From contig CAJFCJ010000014.1 in NCBI GenBank assembly GCA_904063045.1, positions 62,001 to 126,000 on the forward strand: a stretch of 64,000 nucleotides of DNA. Reading direction: 5' to 3'. Made by a program: the position numbers and the translations under genes. The DNA is from Dimorphilus gyrociliatus (lineage: Eukaryota; Animalia; Annelida). Below the pieces are notes generated by a model. It had not been told where the DNA came from. It did not search any database and worked only from the letters and a program-made list of their open reading frames with translations. Positions 11,281 to 21,900 of the stretch are shown in pieces (the first letter of the stretch is position 1; the number at the start of each line of letters is the position of its first letter).

Positions 11281-14200
11281 TTAAAAAAGAATATAGTAGA
11301 TTATAGATAAACCAAAACAAGCAAATGAAAACAGAATACGTCCAGTACCAGCTTTTCCATCTAAATGCCAAGTGTTACAATTTTCACCATAACAGCACTT
11401 TTCACAATGATTAAAACCATCAATCTTATCACATTTCTCATTTTCAGATATTTCAACACATGTTCTGTTTGAGCATTTCCTTGAGTACAATATACCATCT
11501 TTTGATTCAATTCTAAATGCCCAACAATCCCCATTACCACATTCAACCTCCTTTACTTTATCTGATAAAGTATTATTTCCATTTATTGCTTTACCACATT
11601 CACTTTCATTTCCTTCACATTCATAACATTTGCGCCCACATTCTCTGTTATGGTTAATTGGATAGAATCCACTTTTACATTTTAAACATTCTCTTCCATG
11701 AACACATAGTCCACAACCATTAATAGGACAGGAAATACACTCTGATTCATCATCTTTCAGAGCAAAGCCTACACCACACGTCAAACATTTTGCATTCTTT
11801 GCACTTGATTCAGAAGTGCAGGTTTCACAGTTTCCAAAGGTAACATCAGAGCAAAGCCTACAAATTCCATCACTTTGAAGAGAGTATCTGTTTGAATTGC
11901 ATTCTGTACAGATTGAATTTCGTTGAGAGTTAGCAATACATTTTTTACAATTGGATGGACAAACTATACATTGGCCATCTGAAGTTTTTGCATAGCCATC
12001 ATAACACTTTGAACATTCATATCTCTTATTATATGAGCATTCACTACAGTATAATGGACACTTTCCACAATTGTTGCTGTTCACATAAAACTTGTCAGCA
12101 CACTTTTCACAAATCATAGAATTGTCATCAAATAGACAACTTTCACATTCAGAAGTATCACAAGATTCACACAATCCTCCTTTAAGACCAAAAGATGTTT
12201 GACAACTTGTACATTTGAGCTCTACTCCATCTAATAAGCAAGTTTTGCATCCAATTGGACAAGGCACACATAAATTATTATTTGATTTGTAATATCCACT
12301 TTTACAAGATGAACAGGATAATTGATTGCTTGTTGAATCAATACTGCATCCATTGCAACCAGTTGGACACAACTTACAATTTCCATTTGAAAGGGTACTA
12401 TTTGCTGTATTACAAGATTGGCATATTGTTTGAGTGCCAGATCGAATAGAGATTTCACATCCAGCCTTATTTTTGTAGCATTTCTGATCATCAGAATTAT
12501 AGAAGAATCCAACCTTGCACTTTCCAACATCACATTTATGTTGTCCAGCTGTTGAACATTCCATGCAATTTTCATCACACTCTGAAAAATTAGCAAAATA
12601 GTCATTATCTCTCTCAAAATTATCATTTATAAAAAATTATTGATACCTTCACATGTATTTGGTGTTGGAGATGTGTTTAGGAAAAATCCTTGTTTACAAA
12701 TCTTTGGTAGAATATTATTAGAAGTAAAGCTTTCATATTCACAAAATGCTATTCCTCTTTCTCCACATGAAGTACATGTTCCATCTGTTCTGTGCTTGAT
12801 AAAGCCTTCATTGCAGCCATCTCCCAAACAACTAGTTGCATCTGTACACATATTACAGTTTGATATACAAGGAACACAGCTTCCACCACTATCTAAAAAG
12901 TATCTATCATTGCATAATAGACATTTATCATTATCAGAAGTATCTTTAGTACATAATTTGCAATTGCTTATTGAACACTGTTGGCAACTGAAATCTTTAT
13001 CACTGAAAGAACCTCCATTTGAACAACCAAATTGTAAGCAAATAGAGCTTTCATCATTTACTGGATCAATTCTACATTCAGAACAAGGAAGTGGAGATGT
13101 TGGACATCTGATACATTTCTTTGATGAATTAAGAACATAACCAGAATTACAGTTTGTACATGTTGTGGTTGGTGAGCCACTTAAATTGACAGTACATTCT
13201 AAACAATTTGCTTCACATGGAGTACAAGTTCCAGTTCCAGTTGAAATCAAACCATAGTTATCTTGACATTTTGAGCAAGATTGAATAGAATTGGGTGAGG
13301 AATTACTTTCAGTGCATACTTTGCACCCAGAAGTGAATGAATTACAGTCAAGACATTGACTTTGATCATTGGATAAAATAAAATTATCTACACATCTGCT
13401 GCAGCCACATGATTGATCTGCATTTACATTTAAACTGTCAGATTTACAGTTTTGAAAGTTTGCTGTAGTGCATGTTTGAGTTGGTAAACTCCTTTTTTGT
13501 ACAGATCTCTTTTTATCGAAATGAATGATAGGAAATGTTGTTTCAAATGGTGGTAGAGTTGTTTCAGTTGATGCTGTTGATGCAATATTTTCTGTAGATT
13601 CTGTTGACGTTGTTGATGCAATATTTTCAGTAGATTCATTTAACGCAGTTGATTCATCTGAAGCAGTTGATGCATCTGATGGAGTTGATTCACTTGTTAT
13701 GGTTGAGACAGTTGATACAGCCGATGCAGCTTTAGAAGTAGTTACAGATTCTGGAGTTGATTGTGATGTAAGTGTTACGCTGTTAGGATGTGTGACTGGA
13801 GAAGAAGTTGCTCCTTCTGTAGTTGTTGAAGGTGTAGAACTTGGAGTTGATGTTGGAGTAGGTAAATCCTCTGAACAATCTTTGTTTGGAAGAGTAAATT
13901 TTTTACCATTTACACACTGAGAATCCAAACATTTCAAGCCATTATCAATCATTATACATTTTTCACAATTGTCCAATGAGCTACAAGATATACAACTTTC
14001 AATTTGCCCATTTGGATTTAAACTTTCTCCATAGCCATCAAGACACTTTAAACATATGTTTTCACCAGATCTTTTTTTACATAATCTGCAGCCATCAGGA
14101 CATGGAAAACAATTTCCACTTGTATCGTCATATCCATAATTGTCAGCACATTTTGAAGGATAACACATAGGGGTTGATGCTTGATTGTCTTTAAAGTAGC

Positions 14201-15658
14201 ATTTTAGACAATTCAATGGACATTCTGTACGCATTTGAAGACAATTTTAGATAATAAAAACAATAAAATATTCAATTATGATTGTCACCTGAACAAGTTC
14301 CATCATTCTTTTTTGTCCATGATTGTCCTTGTTGATTTTCAATACAAGAATGACTGGCGCCATTGCCATTGCATTCAGTTTGTGAAGTTGATGGATTGTA
14401 TGTACAAAGTAGACAATTTGAAGGACATCTACTACATAAATTATCCGAATTTAAAGCATAACCAGACTCGCAACCATTTGTTGAACACACAAGGTCACCA
14501 TTGGAATGATGACATTTGAGACAGTTCCTTGGACACGAGTTGCACACCCTTTGATTCAAAAGAGTGTAGTCAGCTTTGCATTTTTTGCAGGTAATAACAC
14601 CATTTTGTTGAGAACACGAATTGCAGTTGAGAGGACAGGGCGAACAAGTTACGCCATCTACAAAATATCCATTTTGGCATTTAATGCATACAGTTGTTCC
14701 AGAATTTCTGCTACAATCTATACACATTGGATGGACACTGCTACATGGTAAACATTCCTTTTGGTCAATTAAAAGATATTGATTCGATAAGCATTTTGTG
14801 CAGGTTTTTCCATCAGAACAAGTGAGACAACCAGATATTGCAGAAGAACACAAGTTACATTTAATAGATGCTGTTGATATTTCTCTATAGGCATTGGAAT
14901 GGCACTGATTGCAAGTGATACCATTTTCCACGGAGTAGGAGCAAGATTTACAATTCTGTCCACATGCTATGTAAAAAGAAATAGGTAAATAATCTGTTTC
15001 TTTGATGTAGCTTTTCTAGATGATGTTGAAAGAAATACTTACATTTGCAATTGTTCGTCGTATCCAAAGTATATTCATTTTTGCAAATATCGCAAACTGT
15101 TCGAGATTGCTGATTATTCCAGGTGCATTTTGAGCATGATGAAGAACAGGCGATGCATTGTTTGGAAACGTTATTGAAGGTGTAATTATCAAAGCACTGA
15201 TTGCATTGAGTGGAATTTGTACAAGTTTTGCAGGCGGTCGGACATTCTTAAGGGGAAATTGGATAAAGGTTATTAATAATTATAGCTTATAGATGTTTGA
15301 AAATGTTATAGCTTTGTTTTCTATTGAAAGTTGTAAGCTTAACAATGAATTAAAAAATAATGTGGTCGAGATTCAATTTAAATTAGTAATTTTCGCAGCA
15401 AGATTGTATGTTTCCTACCTGTACAGATTGTCTTATCTTCGTTTAAAGCCTTTCCAACTTGGCAAAAAGAGCAGAAAGTTTTAGCTGTTACCGTTTGTCC
15501 ATTTTGGCAATTGTAGATTTCGGTTGTTGTAATTCGAGCCGCTTGAAGACCAACTGCAAAAAGATGTTTCGAAAAGTTATTAAAAATTAGTAGAATCTAC
15601 CTGACGATAGTCTACCGAACAGTAGAAGAGAGGAGATGATCAAAGATAGCATCAGCAT
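11281..15658 (-). CDS. Cys-rich furin-like/CxxC repeat surface protein, paralogue 2 (1312 aa): signal peptide, Ser/Thr spacer, C-terminal Ly6/uPAR-like domain, GPI-type tail
   Basis: Exons 15616-15658, 15419-15553, 15043-15246, 14289-14966, 12647-14224, 11281-12581 total 3939 nt in frame. N-terminus MLMLSLIISSLLLF; C-terminus KCYECEG...KCCYGENCN then GKAGTGRILFSFACFGLSIIYYILF*. Confidence 0.92.
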
Positions 15659-17190
15659 TTTTCAATGGGCGTCAAGAGTTGGTGCCGATATGAAGTGCAT
15701 AAATGTCTGAACTTATTTTTATAGACATTTTCTGATTGTCTTGGTTGTCAAGGATATTTATAATATTATAATTCATCAAACACCAATCCATTTGAATGAT
15801 AATGTGAAAATAAATATTTTATTTTTAATATCTAGAATATATTACAAGTTCATGAATAAGCAAAAAAGTGGTTTAGCACTGGCTAATAGCACTATTTAAG
15901 TATAACGCAACGTTTTGCGGAAATACGATTACTTACGAAAGGAAGGAGGAAAGATGGAAGAATTTAACCAATGATTAATTACTTAAAGCAAATGCTCAAA
16001 GTAAACTAAAAACTTGAATGTAGTTTGAAGCGAAAGCACTTAATTTGCTTGATTTTTCAAACTAAGAAGTTATAATAGCATTATTTTTGGTCTATAATTA
16101 GATTCACGCTAAAGCAATTGCACATAAAAGAACGCCTACTAGTTTGCTTTCTACGAATTCCATATCGATTCTGTTGAATGTGGATTAACTTTTTAGAAAT
16201 TTTGATAGGTCATATTGATGAAAATAGCAGTCTTAAGAGACAGAAGATAGTTGTTATCTATATTTTCTTCCTTAAGTCAGTGTTTGCTTTTTTTTTTAAA
16301 AAAAAAAAAGAGAAAGAAACAACTAAACCCGAAAATAGAACTATTTTTAAGTTTATCATAACTCTCTGCCAAAAGGTTGCGTAATTAATTCAGGTACTTC
16401 GTAAATAGATATATATAGAGATTAGTATATAACAGTTTTCGAAAGACAATAAAAAGTCTTCGAGCTAGAATCAATAAATGAAATAATGCTTGAAAAAAGT
16501 GTAAAAAGGATTAAGAATTAGTTGTAGGCGTTTCTTTAATAGAGAAGGGTGTTTATATCATATAAACAAGTCTCGATTCAAATGCAAATAGCTTATTAAT
16601 AGCTAAATGAAATGAATAGAAATTTCCAACTCGAAACGTTTAATGAATGAGATTTCCTAAAAGAGTAGAGATATAATTTCTATTCAACCTGTTACCGTAA
16701 CGGAGAGAGGGTTAGGGCATAAAGAGAGGCAATAAAAGTAAAGTTACGCTTGAACCTGCTGGGTGCCTAAAAGTTGATTAATTAACCGATTAGTTTATTT
16801 CAAATATTCTATTTTCACCTATTTACAAATTCCATCTCAGCAGTCGTTCGTTGTTACCGAAAGCTGAAATTACATTTTTATTTATTAACTCCTTACTTTC
16901 GTTTACAGAGAATACGTGGAATTGCGTCGGGAAGCTTTAGACATGAATAGCAAATTTACGCCTACGCTTCAGCTAGGCTTTTGTTGCCGATAGATAGAAA
17001 GTTGAACAAGTGTAAGGACAGTAAAGAGAGGAGATCGAGTCGTAAGAATGATACATTTATTCTTCTTCCTCAATCCGATCTTTTTCAAACGATCCCTATT
17101 TGAAGAGAGGGAAGACAAACGAGAAAAGCGAAAGAGGAAGAACATAAGGAAGATAGAAGCAAGAGAAGACATAAAATAGATATAAAGTTA
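12170..17190. repeat. Segmental tandem duplication of 1-~5414
   Basis: Shadow ORFs are identical in both copies; homology runs through introns and about 1.5 kb upstream and ends at AGATATAAAGTTATA (about 5414 / 17190). Confidence 0.95.
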
Positions 17191-17427
17191 TATAGCTTCG
17201 TTTTGGAGAATATAAGAAAGAAAAGAAATTTTAAAACGTAGTTGCAAAATATTTTTAAATTCCTTTGATCGTAAACAAACAGGGTCAGTGAGGTTGACGT
17301 TGAACGGTAGAGAATAACCTGAATTGATTACGTGGCGGGTGAGGGGAATAAGAAAAGAGCGCAGACAATAATCATAAACGATCTTATTAGAAACTTAGAC
17401 AGAGCGTCTTTTTTATTATCCCTTCCG

Positions 17428-18216
17428 TTAGCAGTCGTAATTGTAAAGTACCGAGGAGGAAAAATCGAGTTTAACTAATTTCTCTTCCGTGGTGAAGAAA
17501 TTTCCGACGCCGACGTCTCCCCAACAGATTTTGTCGTCCTCCGAATCGAGTTGTAAGATTTGAATATAATCTTTATAAGAGGAGTTAGACCTTGGATCGT
17601 TTTGTATGAAATTAGCGTATCCACCTATTTTATGACCTCTTCTATTGAAGAACTCTTCAACTACCTCTTCGTGTTTAGAGGGGAATTTATCGATAAATTC
17701 GTCATATTCCATACCAAAGAACTTTTCGAATCTGCAATCTTGCATGCTAACGTAGTCGTAATCTTTCTCGAAGGTTAGACGGAATTGTTTTATGACTGGC
17801 AGAGTGCACGACGAACTTTTCAAGTGATTGTCGACAAACGAAAAATCTGTTTGCCTATTGTTCTTATCGTATTCTTTCACGTAGATAAGCCGAAAATCTT
17901 TCTGATCCGTTGGATTATCGAAATTCATTCCGTAGACGTCGTCCAAAGCCAAGTAGAATTGAAGTAGGCCAGTCTTCGGATACGAGTTCAGAGTCGGTAT
18001 TTCGTTAAAGTTTAATTGGGCTTGGAGAATAAGGGGATTCCCTTTTGAATCGTAAGGATATTCAATATTCTTTGGAAGGCAAGGATATCCACCCAATTTA
18101 CTGTCATCAATATCAACTTTGACCTTTTCATCGCAAATTATAACTTTAACGTATTCTAGTTTAGATTTCTCGATGACATCTCGATATTTTTGCAGTTGAC
18201 GAGGAATATTGGCCAT
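17428..18216 (-). CDS. ywqG: YwqG / DUF1963 family protein, 262 aa, intronless, bacterial type
   Basis: First ATG 18216 (the track start at 18288 is a non-ATG codon). Motifs SKLGGYPCLP, AQLNFNEIP, GLLQFY, DDVYGMNFD, GHKIGGYANFIQNDPR, WGDVGVGNFF, YNYDC match Bacillus YwqG as I recall it, over the full length. Confidence 0.9.
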   Translation of the reverse strand: MANIPRQLQKYRDVIEKSKLEYVKVIICDEKVKVDIDDSKLGGYPCLPKNIEYPYDSKGNPLILQAQLNFNEIPTLNSYPKTGLLQFYLALDDVYGMNFDNPTDQKDFRLIYVKEYDKNNRQTDFSFVDNHLKSSSCTLPVIKQFRLTFEKDYDYVSMQDCRFEKFFGMEYDEFIDKFPSKHEEVVEEFFNRRGHKIGGYANFIQNDPRSNSSYKDYIQILQLDSEDDKICWGDVGVGNFFTTEEKLVKLDFSSSVLYNYDC

Positions 18217-18823
18217 TTGATAGTGTCGATATACTGTCTGTTTATTGAATAGTATCAAAAGATGATAAGAGTGATACGGAGTTTCCAATAGAAATACTGA
18301 ACGAATTAATCGTTAAACTCATTGTCCTAAATCTCAGTGTTGTTGTTCCGCCCCGCCTCCGTTTTATATGTCATCTGTTTTTGAGTAGATCCTACAAGAC
18401 GACAAAAAATAAAGACAGTCAAATTTATAGGATTAATTGTTCTGCTTTCTTGATAAAGTATAACGTGTAATTAGATCAATAGAAGAAATAGCAATGACAA
18501 CAGCAGCAGCAACAACAACAACAACAACAACAACTTTTAGGACTGTAAGCAAGACGGATAAAACTGTAAGTCTTCGACGAAAATTGAAAAAAATTGACAT
18601 AAAAAATCATTTCGTTTCGCCTATAAATAGTGGAAAATTTTCAAATGGCTTTGTTGCTGTCTTAGTTTCTACCGTTTCTTCTGCTTCTGCTTCTGCTTCT
18701 GCTTCTGCTGCTGCTGCTGCTGCTGCTGTTGCTCTGCTACGAAGGTGGACTGCTAAGAAACAAAAGACCTAATACGATCTAAATTGTAGATAAATATCAT
18801 AGTTATATTTCTCGTGTGAAAAG

Positions 18824-18887
18824 GTAATAAGGAACGTTTGACTTTTATTATACAATAGGATTGTTAATTGTTTTCTTCTGCATCTAG
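18824..18887 (+). other. Probable 64-nt 5'-UTR intron of the oxidase-dehydratase gene
   Basis: AAAG|GTAATA donor and TTTTCTTCTGCATCTAG| acceptor 16 nt before ATG 18904; size matches other introns here (62-76 nt); TATAAA at about 18622. Confidence 0.5.
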
Positions 18888-18903
18888 ATTTCGCTTAGGA
18901 AAG

Positions 18904-21900
18904 ATGGTCAAGATTAAAGATTATGAACCTCTTATTAACGTCAGTACCGATCCCATTGGCAGTCTGGAAACTGATGTGTTGATTATTGGAAGTGGACCTA
19001 TCGGTGCTACGTATGCTCGTAAAATACTGGATGAATCGGACGCCAAAGTGTTAATGATTGACATTGGGGCTTTTGGTTCCGTGGTGCCTGGTGAACATTT
19101 GAAAAATACGTCGGTCTTTCAAAAGGATGTCGACCCGTTTGCGAGTGTCATTCGCGCTCATTGGCATAATCTGTCAACTCCGGTCAATAAGGCTCCTACT
19201 CCTACACTTGGTCCCGGAGCGTTTCGAGTTCCGTCGAATAAGCTTGGTACTTATCAGCTAAAAAATCAGAATCCGGATCAAAAGGATGATGATAATATGG
19301 CGGCTGCCGGCGCGACTTATATGGTGGGTGGTATGAGCACTCATTGGACTGCCGCCTGTCCTCGAATGAATGAGTCGGTTGAATTGCCCGATATCATTCC
19401 TTACGAAGAATGGGAAACATTGTATGACGAAGCCGAAAAGTTGTTTAACGTTTCGAGCGATGTTTTCGATCATTCGATCCGTCATAATTTGGTCAAGCAG
19501 ATCCTAAGAGAGACTTACGCCGATGAAATTCCTCTAGAAAAAAACAAGCCGAAAAGTCTTCCTTTGGCGGCGAGACGTCGTATACGCAACAGCGAATTTG
19601 TTGAATGGTCCTCCTCCGCTACAATTCTCGGCAAACACGCCCAAGATCCGAGCGTTATTTATAGAGCTTCGAATCCGTCGTTGGCCTGTAGTATGGAAAA
19701 GAATCGCTTTCGTATTATGGAGCAGCATATCTGTAGGAAATTGTTTCGTAACAAGGAGGGAAATCATATTGAGTATGCACTCGTTGAGAACTTACTTCAT
19801 AAAAGATTCATTAAGATAAAGGCGAAAATTGTTGTTGTTTGCTGTGGTACTGTGCTAAGCGCCCAATTACTATACGCTTCTGATATTCGCCCTCAAAAAC
19901 TTGGTAAATATCTTACCGAACAGCCGATGGCCTTTTGTCAAATTGTTCTCAATCAAGATACTATCGATAGGCTAACTAAGCCCAATAGCGAATTCGCCGC
20001 AACTATTAAAGAGTATCAAAAAAAGAATCCCAACGATCCTATTCCCATTCCTATGAACGATCCCGATCCGCAATGTTATATTCCCGTCTCCGAAGATAGA
20101 CCTTGGCATTGTCAAATTCATCGTGATGCCTTCTCCTACGGGGACGTTGCTCCCAACGTCGATCCTCGTCTAATTGTTGACTTTAGATGGTTCGGTATAG
20201 TTAAACAATCGGAGTCTAATATGGTTACGTTCAGCGAAGAGTACAAAGACTTTCTAGGAATGCCGCAGCCAACCTTTCACTATACGATCGATTCGTCCGA
20301 TAGAATAACGTTAAGTTCAATGATGAAAGATATGTTGAAGGCGGCTACGTCGATGGGTTCGTTCCTTCCCGGCTCGAGTCCGCAGTTTATGACTTCTGGC
20401 CTATCCGCCCACGTAAACGGTGTAACTAGAATGGGAAAGAACGAAAAAGATTCGGTAGTCGATGTTAATTGCAAAGTATGGAATATCGACAATTGCTTTG
20501 TCGGAGGATTGGGAGTATTACCAAAGGCGGCCGCCTGCAATCAAACGTTAACAACGGCCGCTTTGGCAATTCGTACTGTAAATCATATGCTTAAAACGAA
20601 TATGCTATCCTATAAGCATGCCGAAGTTGATTTCACCTACGAGTTGTCCGGTTCTCCCGATTTTCAAAAGTTAAATTTGGAAGGAAACCGACAGGATGGC
20701 TATTGGATTAGTTCGTCGGACATAAATGCTAACGGCTACCAAGATATTATTGGTTATGGTTTGAATGTTGGCGACATTAGATGGTTTGAAAATCCAAACG
20801 CCAACAAAGTCGATGTACCATTGTCAACGGAAATACCAACAATAACAACAACAAAAACGGCGTTGACCGAAAAGAGTACGAATGGTGTTAATGGAGATCA
20901 TAAGAAAGGTGCCCTAAACGGTTCCACTAACGGAAAGCCAGAAAAATGGACAAGTCACCTGATTACGAAGCTAAATCAGCCAGTTGGAATGGATAGTTTC
21001 GATATTAATCAAAATGGCCTTCAGGACATTATTATTACGTCGGAATACGGACCAAATATGGACAACATAAACGAGAAAGGTGGTCTTGTTCATTGGTTGG
21101 AGAATCCCGGCAAGGATAATTTATCAATGGATAAAGAATGGAAAAAGCACTATATCGGAAGATCAACTGGAACGCATAGACTAGTCGTTGGACATTTTAC
21201 CCAAACGGAGAGAATAGAAGTTCTTATTCTTCCGGTTGTCGGAAAAGCCCACGACGTTCATTCGGTGTGCGAAGTGAAACTGTTTACTTCTCCACCGCTC
21301 AACCAACTCGATAAGGTAAAAGAATGGCAAGAGACGATTGTTGACAACGAGTACTTTCACGTTATTCACGGCGTTGAAAAGAAGAAATACCGCAAAGACT
21401 ACTACGGTGACCAATTAGATTCAGTCCTATTGGCTTCGCAAGAGGGTATCACCTACTTGTACTATTCGACCGAACAGAAGAAATTCGTGAAAAAGAATCT
21501 GGCCAAAGGAACGTTGTGCGAAAAGACTACGACCGGCTGGTATGGATGCGGAAACATCACTTCGGGTAGAGTAGGAGACGATCCATTCGCATATTTGGCA
21601 ACGATTGGACCATTCCACGGAAATGTTGTTGCCGTCTATGTTCGAGATAATGCTGTTTCAATCGGCGACTTGGAGCACTCCAAATTCACGCGTTACGTAT
21701 TGGACGTTTACGGAGAGCCAAACGACAAAGGTGAAGGTCCGGGACATTATATTATTGCCAAGGATTTCGACAACGATGGAGATGACGAATTTCTCGTAGC
21801 TCTTCGAGGCGATCCTCCAACTCAAGGAGTCTTTTATTACAAACCATTTGATTTGAGCAAAGGTCAATTTACAAAGTATCAAGTATCAAAAGATTCAGCC

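Noticed and set aside
18494-18772. 92-aa poly-Thr/poly-Ala ORF as a leader peptide or N-terminal exon
   Set aside because: Built from trinucleotide microsatellites; its GTAAGT donor would join the oxidase out of frame at both nearby acceptors.
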